A DNA stretch of 64,000 nucleotides, from NCBI GenBank assembly GCA_963783965.1, contig CAWAPQ010000013.1, positions 367,529 to 431,528 of the forward strand, in the 5' to 3' direction. Source of the DNA: an uncultured Acidimicrobiaceae bacterium (GTDB taxonomy: Bacteria > Actinomycetota > Acidimicrobiia > Acidimicrobiales > RAAP-2). A program made the position numbers and the translations under genes. Below are positions 1 to 8,463 of this stretch, piece after piece. Each line of letters starts with the position of its first letter. Position 1 is the first letter of the stretch. Below the pieces are notes generated by a model. That model worked only from the letters and a program-made list of their open reading frames with translations, was not told where the DNA came from and made no database searches.

Positions 1-562
1 AGGCCGGCGCAGCGTCGGTGTGCGCGGTTGCCTGGCACGTCGCGCCGATCAAGGAAAGCACTGCAATCGGCGTCACGTCCGGCCGGACCGCACCCACTGC
101 CTGCGCCCGCTGCAGGAGCACACCAATGGCTTCGTGCAAACCCTCCTTCACCGGCGCGGCCGCCTCCTCGAACTCCACTCCGGCGCCCATGACCGCGACC
201 ATGAGGTCACGCTTGGCCACGCCCTCCTCGACGACGTGCGTCAGGAAGTCGAAGAACGCGGCCTTCGGATCGTCGGCCTCCGCCAGCGCCTGGGCGTCCA
301 GAGTCAGTGCAGAGAGCCGCTCGAGCAGGACGGCCTCGCAGAGCTTCTCCTTGGTCGGGAAGTGGCGGTAGAGCGTACCCACGCCCACCCCCGCCTTCTC
401 GGCGATCAGGTCGACCGGGACCTCTATGCCCTCGACGGCGAAGACGTTCTCGGCGGCCTCCAGAATGCGGGCCCGGTTACGCAGGGCGTCCGCCCGGAGG
501 GGGCGCGCAGGGACGGCGGCCGGCTCGTCACACCCCGCCTCTACTTTCGAAGTCAGGTCCAC
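1..562 (-). CDS. TetR/AcrR-family transcriptional regulator; C-terminus runs off the window
   Basis: Absent from the ORF track because it has no in-window stop. Reverse-strand translation from GTG 562..560 reads VDLTSKVEAG..RADALRNRARILEAAENVFAVEGIEVPVDLIAEKAGVGVGTLYRHFPTKEKLCEAVLLERL, a canonical TetR N-terminal HTH. GGAGGAG lies 8 nt upstream. The frame stays open to position 1. Divergent from an MFS pump. Confidence 0.85.
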   Translation of the reverse strand, partial: MDLTSKVEAGCDEPAAVPARPLRADALRNRARILEAAENVFAVEGIEVPVDLIAEKAGVGVGTLYRHFPTKEKLCEAVLLERLSALTLDAQALAEADDPKAAFFDFLTHVVEEGVAKRDLMVAVMGAGVEFEEAAAPVKEGLHEAIGVLLQRAQAVGAVRPDVTPIAVLSLIGATCQATAHTDAAPA

Positions 563-582
563 GGAAATCTCTCCTCCCCCCA

Positions 583-612
583 TTGACAAACGGAACTCAG
601 GTTCCGTATAGT
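583..612 (+). promoter_or_regulatory. Putative promoter of the MFS pump (TTGACA-18 nt-TATAGT) with an embedded perfect inverted repeat, the likely TetR operator
   Basis: TTGACA 583..588 and TATAGT 607..612. ACGGAAC-tcag-GTTCCGT occupies 590..607. Locally AT-rich in a GC-rich genome. Confidence 0.5.
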
Positions 613-735
613 CTAAATGGAACCAGAACTCCGATTCCGATTGTAAGCGATCTCAGCCCAGATAACTAGACCCTTCCAGGTCAAGGCGGCGGGCGGAACA
701 GTCGGCACGGAACCTCTTTGGACACGGAGACCACC

Positions 736-2241
736 ATGACAACGACACTCGACCTTCCGGGCCTGGCAAACGAGCCGGCGCCCGATCTCGATCCCAAGCG
801 CTTTCGGGCCCTGGCGATCATCGCCGTGGCCCAGCTGATGGTGGTGCTCGACGCCTCGGTGGTGATCATCGCCCTGCCGTCCGCCCAACGGGCTCTGCAC
901 ATCTCGACGGCCAACCGCCAGTGGATGCTGACGGCTTACACGCTGTCCTTCGCCGGCCTGCTCCTCCTGGGCGGCCGGATCGCCGACTACTTCGGTCGCA
1001 AACGGATGTTCGTCATCAGCCTGGTCGGCTTCGCCGCCGCCTCCGCCCTGGGTGGACTGGCCGAGAACTCGGCCATGCTCTTCAGTGCCCGTGCCCTGCA
1101 GGGGGCATTCGCCGCGATCATGGCGCCTGCAGCCCTGTCGCTGCTCACCGTGGCCTTCACCGAGCCCAAGGAGCGGGCCCGCGCGTTCGCCGTGTACGGC
1201 GGCATCGCCGGCGGCGGAGCGGCCATAGGCCTCATCCTCGGTGGATTCCTGACCGAGTTCGCCTCGTGGCGCTGGACCCTCCTGATCAACGTGCCGATCG
1301 CCATTGTGGCGGCCGTGGCGGCCTTCCGCTCCATTACCGAGAGCCGGGCCTCGGCCAACCACGGCTACGACATCCCCGGCGCCGTGACCGTGACCGGTGG
1401 GCTGCTCGCCCTCGTCTACGGCTTCACAAAGGCTGGGACCGACGGCTGGGGCTCGTCCGTGACGGTCATGCTGTTCGCCGCGGCCGCCGTCCTCCTGGTG
1501 GCCTTCGTGGTCATTGAGCAGCGGGTGCAGCACCCGCTGCTGCCTCTCCGGGTGGTCCTCGACCGCAATCGTGGCGGGTCCTTCCTGGCCTCGCTGCTGG
1601 TGGGCACCGCACTCCTCGGGACCTTCTTGTCGCTGACCTATTACTTCCAGGGCACGCTGCACTACTCGGCCCTGAAGTCCGGGTTCGCCTTCGTGCCGTT
1701 CTCCGTCGGCATCATCGCCGGAGCCACGCTGGCGAGCCGCCTGCTGCCCCGCTTCGGGCCACGGATCGTCATGACCGGCGGGCTCCTGCTCGGCATGGCC
1801 GGATTGTTCCTCTTCGCCACGCTCAGCGTGAGCTCCTCCTACCTGACCGTCGTGCTCCCGGCCGAGGTCATCGTGAGCCTGGGCATGGGCCTGTCGTTCG
1901 TGGCCATGAGCAGCACGGCCCTGATCGGGGTGAGCCCGCAAGATGCCGGTGTGGCCAGCGCCCTGGTCAACGCCACCCAGCAGACCGGCGGCACCATGGG
2001 CGCCGCCCTGATCAACACGATCGCCACGAGCGCCACGGTCTCCTACGTCGCCGCCCATGGGAAGTCGGTGGCCTCGCTCACCGCGGGCTCCATCCACGGC
2101 TATACGACGGCCTTCACCTTCAGCGCCATCGTGCTGGCGGTGGCCGGCGTGAGCGCCTTCGTCCTCATCCGACGGGGCCGACCCGACGTGGCGGACGCCG
2201 TCACGGAGGATGAGTCGACGCTGGTGCTGGCCCCCGTCTGA
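736..2241 (+). CDS. MFS transporter, DHA2 (EmrB/QacA-like, 14-TMS type) drug/H+ antiporter
   Basis: ORF 718..2241. Motifs LDASVVIIALP and GGRIADYFGRKRMF, with many hydrophobic helices. ATG 736 has GGAGA 7 nt upstream; TTG 718 is the longest alternative. Confidence 0.9.
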   Translation: MTTTLDLPGLANEPAPDLDPKRFRALAIIAVAQLMVVLDASVVIIALPSAQRALHISTANRQWMLTAYTLSFAGLLLLGGRIADYFGRKRMFVISLVGFAAASALGGLAENSAMLFSARALQGAFAAIMAPAALSLLTVAFTEPKERARAFAVYGGIAGGGAAIGLILGGFLTEFASWRWTLLINVPIAIVAAVAAFRSITESRASANHGYDIPGAVTVTGGLLALVYGFTKAGTDGWGSSVTVMLFAAAAVLLVAFVVIEQRVQHPLLPLRVVLDRNRGGSFLASLLVGTALLGTFLSLTYYFQGTLHYSALKSGFAFVPFSVGIIAGATLASRLLPRFGPRIVMTGGLLLGMAGLFLFATLSVSSSYLTVVLPAEVIVSLGMGLSFVAMSSTALIGVSPQDAGVASALVNATQQTGGTMGAALINTIATSATVSYVAAHGKSVASLTAGSIHGYTTAFTFSAIVLAVAGVSAFVLIRRGRPDVADAVTEDESTLVLAPV

Positions 2242-2296
2242 GCACGCTTCCGGGCTGGACGCGCCGTTGCCGGGCGCGCCGGCCCGGACCGGGGGT

Positions 2297-2491
2297 TCAG
2301 TCGGCGATGATCTCTATGGCGTACTCGGGACAGTTGGCCACCGCGAGCCGGGCCTTCTCCTCGAGTTCAGCCGGGATCTCGTCCAGGATCACCGACGCCT
2401 GCCCGTAGTCGTCGACGTCGAAGATCTCGGGCGCGAGGCCATAGCAGCGGGCGTGGCCCTGGCACTTCTCGGGGTCGACGCGGATCTTCAT
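2297..2491 (-). CDS. Small ferredoxin (single-cluster, Cx5C..CP type), P450 partner
   Basis: MKIRVDPEKCQGHARCYGLAPEIFDVDD..ANCPEYAIEI. Its ATG 2491..2489 overlaps the P450 stop codon (ATGA). Confidence 0.85.
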   Translation of the reverse strand: MKIRVDPEKCQGHARCYGLAPEIFDVDDYGQASVILDEIPAELEEKARLAVANCPEYAIEIIAD

Positions 2492-3705
2492 GGGAATACG
2501 ACGGGCAGGATACGTGGTCCACGCACCTGTCCGCCCGCCCAGGTGATGTCCGCGCCTTCGGCCAGTGAGAATTCCGGCAGACGGGCCATCCACTCTTCGA
2601 GGGCCACCTGCAGCTCCATGCGGGCCAGATTCGACCCGGCACAGCGGTGGATACCCGAGCCGAAGGCAACGTGGCGGTTGTGGGCCCGGTCCAACTGCAC
2701 GACCTCGGGGTGCTCGAACGCCTCCGGGTCGCGGTTGGCCGCCGGGAAGTTCATCAGGACCTTGTCGCCCGCCTTCATGGGACAGCCGTTGTACTCAATG
2801 TCCTCGGTGACTTCACGGGCCATCGTCACCGGGGCGTAGGCCCGCAGGAGCTCTTCGACCGCCGTCGACATGAGTTCGGGCTCGGCGGCCAGGCGCTTGC
2901 GGTCGTCGGGGTGTGCCGCCAGGTGCCACAACGAGGAGCCGATGGCGCTCCACGTCGTGTCCACCCCGGCTATCAGGACGAGCGCCGCCATGCCGAGCAC
3001 GATGCCGTCGTCGACTGGCTTCCCGTCGACCTCGGTGGTGAGCAACTCGCTCAGGAGGTCGTCTCCCGGGTTTCGGCGCCGCTCCTCCAGCTGAACCAGG
3101 AAGTAATTGAGGAGGCCCTCGGCCCCGTGCTGGCGCCGCTCGGCGTCATCGGCGAACTCGAGCACGTCGCGCACCCAGCCGGTGAAGGTGTCGGACAGGT
3201 CGGTGGAGACACCGAGGATCCGGGCGATGACCCGTACGGGGATCTGCTGCGCGTAGTCGGCGGCGGCATCGGCGCGACCGTTGTCTGCGAACTTGTCGAG
3301 CAGGCCGCGACACAGCTCGCGCGTGAGCGGCACGTAGCTGTCGACCCGCGTGTGCGAGAACCATGGCAACAGCAACCGACGAGTCCACGTATGCAGCGGC
3401 GGGTCCGCCGAAATGGGCGGCAGGCCGTACTCGAGGTTGGGTCCGTCGAAGTTGGCGTTGGGGTCCTCGTCCTCGTCGCCGGGGATGACAGCCACCTTGA
3501 GTGAACTGAAGTGCGCGATGTCATGGGCGATGGCAGTGACGTCGTCATAACGGGTGGGCAACCAGCTGCTCTTGCGACGGTCGGTGTGTGCGATGGGGCA
3601 GCTCCCCCGTAACTCGTCCCAAATGCTGAACGGATCCGTGACATAGCGCGGGTCGAGGACGTCGAAGTCAGTTGCCCAGTCCTGCACGGGCGCGGTATGT
3701 GACAT
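2488..3705 (-). CDS. Cytochrome P450 monooxygenase
   Basis: 405 aa from MSHTAPV (ATG 3705). I-helix AGVDTT, EELLR (ExxR) and heme-thiolate loop FGSGIHRCAGSNLA. The longer track ORF to 4104 is an Arg/Gly-rich extension. Confidence 0.9.
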   Translation of the reverse strand: MSHTAPVQDWATDFDVLDPRYVTDPFSIWDELRGSCPIAHTDRRKSSWLPTRYDDVTAIAHDIAHFSSLKVAVIPGDEDEDPNANFDGPNLEYGLPPISADPPLHTWTRRLLLPWFSHTRVDSYVPLTRELCRGLLDKFADNGRADAAADYAQQIPVRVIARILGVSTDLSDTFTGWVRDVLEFADDAERRQHGAEGLLNYFLVQLEERRRNPGDDLLSELLTTEVDGKPVDDGIVLGMAALVLIAGVDTTWSAIGSSLWHLAAHPDDRKRLAAEPELMSTAVEELLRAYAPVTMAREVTEDIEYNGCPMKAGDKVLMNFPAANRDPEAFEHPEVVQLDRAHNRHVAFGSGIHRCAGSNLARMELQVALEEWMARLPEFSLAEGADITWAGGQVRGPRILPVVFP

Positions 3706-3894
3706 GGGACCCCCTTGGTGCTTCTTCAGGCCACCCGGATTCCTGCACCCTAGTGCGGAGTCGCGGGTCGTCCGCGGCCGGTCCGGGATTCTGACCGCGT
3801 CCTCAGCGGCCGCGCAGTGCAGCCACACACTGGTCGCGCAGGCTCCTGGCACGGCAGAGCGCCGGGTTGCACGCAGAGCAGGAGCCGACACGAT

Positions 3895-4452
3895 ATGACT
3901 GGAAGGACAGTGCAGAAACCCTCCGGAGGCGGCGGCGTCGAACTGCCGAGACCTCGCCGCAGCTCCCGCTGGCGCTGGTCCCGTCCGCGGCGGGCCTTCA
4001 CGGCAGGCGGCGTCTTGGCCGCCGTCCTCGGCTTTGGTCTCGCCACCGGCGCCAACGCCGGCGCGGCCACCACCGCGTCGGGGAACACGGGCACCTCGGC
4101 GCACGGGCGTCCTCCGGGTGGGATGGCCCGGCCCACCGTCTCGGGGAGGATCAGTGCGCTCGCAGGCGATGACATCACGGTGGAGACGAACGCCAACACG
4201 TCGGTCACCGTCGTCTTCGGCTCGAGCACGACGTTCAAGGCGAATCCGGGCCCGAGCGGGGGGACCACGTCCAGCGCGTCCGCGCTCAAGGTGGGTGCCT
4301 ACGTCGGGGTGTGGGGCACCAAGGACAGCGACGGCACCGTCACGGCGACGACCGTCAGGATCGGCCGTCCGCCGCAGATGGGCAAGGGCGGACCCGGTGG
4401 TGGACCCGGTGGTGGAGCGGGCAGGGGCGGCAACCCGCCGTCCGGCGCCTAA
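3895..4452 (+). CDS. Secreted/membrane-anchored protein, DUF5666-like beta domain with a Gly-rich tail
   Basis: From MTGRTVQKP. N-terminal basic region plus hydrophobic helix AGGVLAAVLGFGLATGANA. Repeated ..ITVETNANTSVTVVFG..GTVTATTVRIG pattern. C-terminal GGPGGGPGGGAGRGG. Confidence 0.55.
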   Translation: MTGRTVQKPSGGGGVELPRPRRSSRWRWSRPRRAFTAGGVLAAVLGFGLATGANAGAATTASGNTGTSAHGRPPGGMARPTVSGRISALAGDDITVETNANTSVTVVFGSSTTFKANPGPSGGTTSSASALKVGAYVGVWGTKDSDGTVTATTVRIGRPPQMGKGGPGGGPGGGAGRGGNPPSGA

Positions 4453-5276
4453 CGCGTGACGCGCCGCCCCGCGCGCAGCACCTCGTACTGGCGGTCCTCA
4501 TCGGCGGCCACCAGTCGCTGCGTCGCACCGCCTGGTTCAGGCCGGAGCACGGCGGCCCCGTCCGGCGCGTATTGCACGATGTAGGCCTTGCGCACCTCGT
4601 CGGTCCGGTTGGGGCCGGTCGAGTGCGGCGTCAAGGAAGAGAACACCACAATGCTGCCGGCCTGCACCGGCACTGCGACGGCGTCCGCCGGGTCGCGCAG
4701 GCAGACGAAGCCGATGTCGGAGTACTGGTGGGCCAGGGTGCCGCGCCGGTGCAGCCTCGGCACCACCCACGGGCACCCGTTCTCCTCCGTGGTGTCGGTG
4801 AGCGCCACCCAGCAGGTGAGGTACTGCTGCGGCTCCACGAAGGCGTACCCGTTGTCCTGATGCCACGGGAAGGGGGACTCGGTCCCGGGCTTCTTGTAGA
4901 CCGCCTGGTCCCAGTACAGCCGGACGTCGGGCCCCAAGAGGTCGGCGCAGACTCCGGTCAGCAGCGGGGAGCGTGTGAACTCCCGCAATGCGGGCGACTG
5001 CAGGACCAGGTGGGTCGTGAAGGTGATCTCGTCGGCGCGGGCAATGAAGAAACGCCCGCCCTCCAGCTCGCGTAGCGCGTCGGCCCCGCGTTCCTCGAAG
5101 GGATCGATGGCCGCGATGAGCGCTTCCACCTCGGAGGCTCCGAGCGCGTCCTCCAGCACGAAGAACCCGTCCTCGTCGTACTGGCGGGCCTGCGCCTCGG
5201 TGACGGCCCTGAACGGCCCCGTGTGCTCGTCCCATTCGAAGGACACGTTGAGCTGGTGGGCCGCCGGCGCCGGCAC
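4449..5276 (-). CDS. Phytanoyl-CoA dioxygenase (PhyH) family Fe(II)/2-oxoglutarate oxygenase
   Basis: WHQDNGY (HxD facial-triad region), CWVALTD, SLTPHSTGPN. GTG 5276 lies 2 nt after the upstream crotonase stop. Confidence 0.8.
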   Translation of the reverse strand: MPAPAAHQLNVSFEWDEHTGPFRAVTEAQARQYDEDGFFVLEDALGASEVEALIAAIDPFEERGADALRELEGGRFFIARADEITFTTHLVLQSPALREFTRSPLLTGVCADLLGPDVRLYWDQAVYKKPGTESPFPWHQDNGYAFVEPQQYLTCWVALTDTTEENGCPWVVPRLHRRGTLAHQYSDIGFVCLRDPADAVAVPVQAGSIVVFSSLTPHSTGPNRTDEVRKAYIVQYAPDGAAVLRPEPGGATQRLVAADEDRQYEVLRAGRRVTR

Positions 5277-5278
5277 GC

Positions 5279-6037
5279 CTACATTCCGCCAAACGAAGGG
5301 TCGCGTCGTTCCGCTGCGGCGCGCACGCCCTCGGCGAAGTCGGCCGTGTCGCGCAGCCGGGTCTGCTCGGCACACTCGTGCTCCATGGCGAGGCGCGCCT
5401 CCTCCACCAGGCCCTGGCGCAGCGTGGCCCGGATGGAGCGGACGGCCAGCGGGCCCGCCGCCGCCAACTCCTCGGCGTAGCCGATCGCCCCCGCCAGCAG
5501 ATCGTCCTCCTCCGCCAGTCGGTCACACAGACCGAGCGCCAACGCCTGCTCGCCGCCGATGCGACGCCCCGTCAGCAGGAGATCCGCTGCGGCCTGGCGA
5601 CCGACCGTGGCCGGCAAGGTCACCGTCAGTGCGAAGCCGTGGTGGAACCCCAGGCGGGCGAAGTTGGCACTGAACCGGCTCTGCGCGGTCGCCACGCGGA
5701 AGTCGGCCGAGAGGGCCAGCCCGCAGCCGCCGCCGATGGCGGCTCCTTGCACCGCCGCCACGACGGGCAGCGGGGCGGCAAAGAGGCGCAACGCCGCGCG
5801 GTACAGCGCGGCGATGTCCTGCCCGGCGTTGCCGGCGAAGTCGAGCCCGGCGCAGAAGTGCCGACCCTCCGAGGCCAGCACGAGCGCCCGGCACCAACCC
5901 GAACGGTCCAGATCCTCGTAGGCCGTTGCCACGTCCTCAATGAGCCCGGTGTCGAAGTAGTTGTTGGGCGGCCGTTGCAGGCGCACCACCGCCACGTGCG
6001 CCCCCTGTTGCTCCACGCTGACGTCGGTGCCGCTCAC
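5279..6037 (-). CDS. Enoyl-CoA hydratase/isomerase (crotonase) family protein
   Basis: VSGTDVSVEQQGAHVAVVRLQRPPNNYF..HFCAGLDF..AAVQGAAIGGGCGLAL. GTG 6037 overlaps the GNAT stop (GTGA). The upstream part of the 523-aa track ORF is spurious. Confidence 0.85.
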   Translation of the reverse strand: MSGTDVSVEQQGAHVAVVRLQRPPNNYFDTGLIEDVATAYEDLDRSGWCRALVLASEGRHFCAGLDFAGNAGQDIAALYRAALRLFAAPLPVVAAVQGAAIGGGCGLALSADFRVATAQSRFSANFARLGFHHGFALTVTLPATVGRQAAADLLLTGRRIGGEQALALGLCDRLAEEDDLLAGAIGYAEELAAAGPLAVRSIRATLRQGLVEEARLAMEHECAEQTRLRDTADFAEGVRAAAERRDPSFGGM

Positions 6038-6564
6038 AACGCGATGTCCTCCAGGCTGCGCCAGTAGATCACTGCTTCCTGACCCTCGACGGCGTTGGGG
6101 ATCCGGCCGACCTCGTCGAAGCCGAGTTGACCGTACATGGCGCGGGCGGGATTGGACTCGAAGACCAGGTTGAACATCATGGCGTCGAAACCGAGACGGC
6201 GTGCCTCGTGGAGCGAGTGCTCCACCAGCGACCGCCCCACTCCCGTGCCCCGGTACGGCGCCACCACGAAGTAGCCCGCGTTGGCGATATGGGCGGCCCG
6301 ACCCACGAAGTTGGGCTTGATGTACGACGCCCCAATGAGATATCCGCCGAAGCGGGCCACGGATACGGCCGCAGACCGTCGGATCCAGTAATCGTCGAAA
6401 TCCTCCCGGGTGAGCGGTGGTTGCTGGGGGAATCCCTCGCCCGCGCCGACAATGCGGCTGAATGCCGTGTACAGCTCGTCGTGGTCGTCGGGCGCCGCCT
6501 GGCGGATCTCTACGGGCACGGCACCCACGGTAGTGGTGGCCACCCGTGAATCGACTGATCGCAC
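6034..6564 (-). CDS. GNAT-family N-acetyltransferase
   Basis: ..FVVAPYRGTGVGRSLVEHSLHEARRLGFDAMMFNLVFESNPARAMYGQLGFDEVGR, the acetyl-CoA-binding R/Q-x-x-G-x-G motif region. Confidence 0.8.
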   Translation of the reverse strand: MRSVDSRVATTTVGAVPVEIRQAAPDDHDELYTAFSRIVGAGEGFPQQPPLTREDFDDYWIRRSAAVSVARFGGYLIGASYIKPNFVGRAAHIANAGYFVVAPYRGTGVGRSLVEHSLHEARRLGFDAMMFNLVFESNPARAMYGQLGFDEVGRIPNAVEGQEAVIYWRSLEDIAL

Positions 6565-6599
6565 ACGTGATGCAGCGATGCCGGGTCAGGCCGAACGGG

Positions 6600-7430
6600 T
6601 TACGCGTTGGTCCCGAACCCTGCGGTCCCGATCCCGGGCCGCACTGCCTCAATGGGGTCGCGCAGGTCGTCGATGTAACCCAGCGCGTACGCCCCCCGGT
6701 CGTAGCCCATGACTCGGAGCAGGTCCGTCGGCAGTGTCTCGGCCACCTCGCGGGGCACCGAGAGGTACTGGTTCTCCTCCTGGCGCAGCCACGCCACGTT
6801 GTAGGTGATGTTGAGGCCGATGCGTGCGGCATCTGACCGATTCGCCCCACCGCCGTGGTACACGCTCCCCGAGTAGAAGAGGACCGAGCCCCGGGCCATG
6901 GTGGACGGCTCCGTGTCGTCAGGACCGAAGGACAGCCGGTCTTCGCGTAGGTTGCTGCCCGGCACCACGCGGGTGGCGCCGTTCTCCTCCGTGAAGTCCG
7001 TCAGCGCCCAAATGGTGTTGCACTGGACCTCGTAGCCCGCGGGGAAAGGGAAGAAGTCGAAGGCCCACTGATCGCGGTGGATGGGCTGCGGCGTCTCCCC
7101 CGGCCCGATGGCGATCGCCTGGGTCAGGTGCAACTGGATAGTGGTGGCATGACCCAAGAACGTGCGGGCCGTGCCGAGGGCCAACGGGTGCATGACGAGC
7201 TCGCGGCACCCGGGTGAGCGCGCGATCAGCGAGCCGGTGCGCCGTGTCCGGTCGCCGCTGAAGTCGTCCGGCCCGGTGGGGGTGGCGTCCAGGTACGGAC
7301 GCAGCTCGGACTCGATGCGCTGCAGCAGTGCCTCGGGGGCCACGCCGTCCACGATGGCGGCGCCGTCGCTGCCGACAGCCGCTGCCACCTCGTCCGGGCT
7401 GGCGTCACTCGTCAGATGGACGATGGGCAC
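6600..7430 (-). CDS. Phytanoyl-CoA dioxygenase (PhyH) family Fe(II)/2-oxoglutarate oxygenase
   Basis: 276 aa. QPIHRDQ (HxD), IWALTDFTEENGATRVVPGS, GSVYHGGGANRS. Confidence 0.85.
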   Translation of the reverse strand: MPIVHLTSDASPDEVAAAVGSDGAAIVDGVAPEALLQRIESELRPYLDATPTGPDDFSGDRTRRTGSLIARSPGCRELVMHPLALGTARTFLGHATTIQLHLTQAIAIGPGETPQPIHRDQWAFDFFPFPAGYEVQCNTIWALTDFTEENGATRVVPGSNLREDRLSFGPDDTEPSTMARGSVLFYSGSVYHGGGANRSDAARIGLNITYNVAWLRQEENQYLSVPREVAETLPTDLLRVMGYDRGAYALGYIDDLRDPIEAVRPGIGTAGFGTNA

Positions 7431-7576
7431 GCTCCATCCTCCCCAACGCCCGCCGGCGCGGCAACTCGCCCGGCCCGGCGTCGACGATCCGTCCGGGTCG
7501 GCCGCTTGCGTGATGTCGGCCGCTCGCGTCGGACCCCCGTGCGGGCCGAGGGGCCGGTGACGGGAGCGTCCTCGTC

Positions 7577-8335
7577 CTAAGGACCAGGGAAGACGCCGCG
7601 CAGCCCATTGAGCAGCGCGGCGTCACCCCTGAATGGAGGGGTGTGGTCGGGATCGAGCCGGCCGTAGACCAGCCGGCAGAAGGCCTCGGCGGGAAGCTCG
7701 AGGTCAGGCTGCTGCCCGGGATCGCCGGCCCCCACTGCCACGCCGTCGGTCGAGAGGCGCAGCGCGATGTCACGTCGGGGGCCGGTGGTGTGGATGGCGA
7801 TCGTGCGCTCCTCGCCATTCGGTCTCCCGGTGAACCGCGCAATGAGCGAGAGGTTGTCGATCACGAGAGCCGTCGCGTCCTCAGGCAGACCGACCGACCC
7901 GTCCAACATGACCGCGATGTCCCAGGAGTGGAAGGTGTGCTCGTTGAGCCGCAAGCCGACGAGCTCGTCGAACCCGAGGCTGAGCGGACCCATGGGGAAG
8001 GTCAGCCGCTCCCGTTCGGAGTCGTCGACCCCCTCGTAGGCCTCCATCAGCGCCTCGTCGGCCTCGAGGGCCTCGTCGGCCTGGGCCCGGGGGGTCTTGG
8101 CGTTCCACTCGTCCCACACCGAGGGGTTGAATCCCTCCGGCGTCGTGGTGCCGGCCCGGACGTCCTGCAGTCCGCGCAACGAGATGACTGCGCCTGAACC
8201 GAGATGCGACAGCACCTGGGCGATCGACCAGTCGTCGCAGTAGGACGGCGAGACGATTTGCGCGTCGTCCAACCCACTGGCGAGGTCATGCAAGCGTCCG
8301 ACTGAGGCGCGCAGCGCGCCGACGGGAGTGTCCAT
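7577..8335 (-). CDS. Maleylpyruvate-isomerase-family mycothiol-dependent enzyme (DinB/MDMPI_N domain)
   Basis: N-terminal LRASVGRLHDLASGLDD..SYCDDWSIAQVLSHLGSG, typical of the actinobacterial DinB-like family. Confidence 0.8.
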   Translation of the reverse strand: MDTPVGALRASVGRLHDLASGLDDAQIVSPSYCDDWSIAQVLSHLGSGAVISLRGLQDVRAGTTTPEGFNPSVWDEWNAKTPRAQADEALEADEALMEAYEGVDDSERERLTFPMGPLSLGFDELVGLRLNEHTFHSWDIAVMLDGSVGLPEDATALVIDNLSLIARFTGRPNGEERTIAIHTTGPRRDIALRLSTDGVAVGAGDPGQQPDLELPAEAFCRLVYGRLDPDHTPPFRGDAALLNGLRGVFPGP

Positions 8336-8422
8336 GCGAGCGGTCTACCTGCTGGCGGACCACTCCGATGCGTCGAAACCGTGGGACCGCCGACACCACT
8401 GGAGGCAGCACCGCCCGGTATT

Positions 8423-8455
8423 TAACTTGACAGCTAACTAACTTTTTGGTTAACT
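8423..8455 (+). promoter_or_regulatory. AT-rich island with four TAACT repeats and a TTGACA-17 nt-TTAACT promoter in front of the ArsR gene
   Basis: TAACT at 8423, 8435, 8439 and 8451. TTGACA 8427..8432 and TTAACT 8450..8455. ATG 8464 lies 8 nt downstream of the -10. Confidence 0.4.
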
Positions 8456-8463
8456 ACGTGTCC

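Noticed and set aside
613-2097. Very long ORFs antisense or out of frame to clear genes. Examples: 613..2097 (-), 10913..12412 (-), 22955..24988 (-), 26209..28257 (-), 37865..40204 (+), 49763..51421 (+), 52755..53756 (-).
   Set aside because: They mirror well-supported genes on the other strand. They are Arg/Gly/Pro/His-rich with no recognisable motifs. Such ORFs are the expected stop-codon-poor shadow frames of about 70% GC coding DNA.
2242-2296. Possible intrinsic terminators at other convergent junctions (2242..2296, 42322..42358, 47670..47696).
   Set aside because: Only 4-5 bp stems or imperfect GC palindromes, and no U-tracts. They are not distinguishable from background GC-rich sequence by eye.
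3706-4104. N-terminal extensions of track ORFs: P450 to 4104, GH78 to 51907, oxidoreductase ORF to 31034, crotonase ORF to 6850, LarA-like ORF from 26701.
   Set aside because: Homology begins at internal ATG/GTG codons that have ribosome-binding sites or overlap the upstream stop. The extensions are low-complexity and overlap neighbouring genes.
7497-7529. Near-tandem direct repeat GTCGGCCGCTTGCGT-gat-GTCGGCCGCTCGCGT downstream of the DinB-like gene.
   Set aside because: Only two short copies, GC-rich like the background, with no hairpin potential or known motif. Probably a small slippage duplication without evident function.
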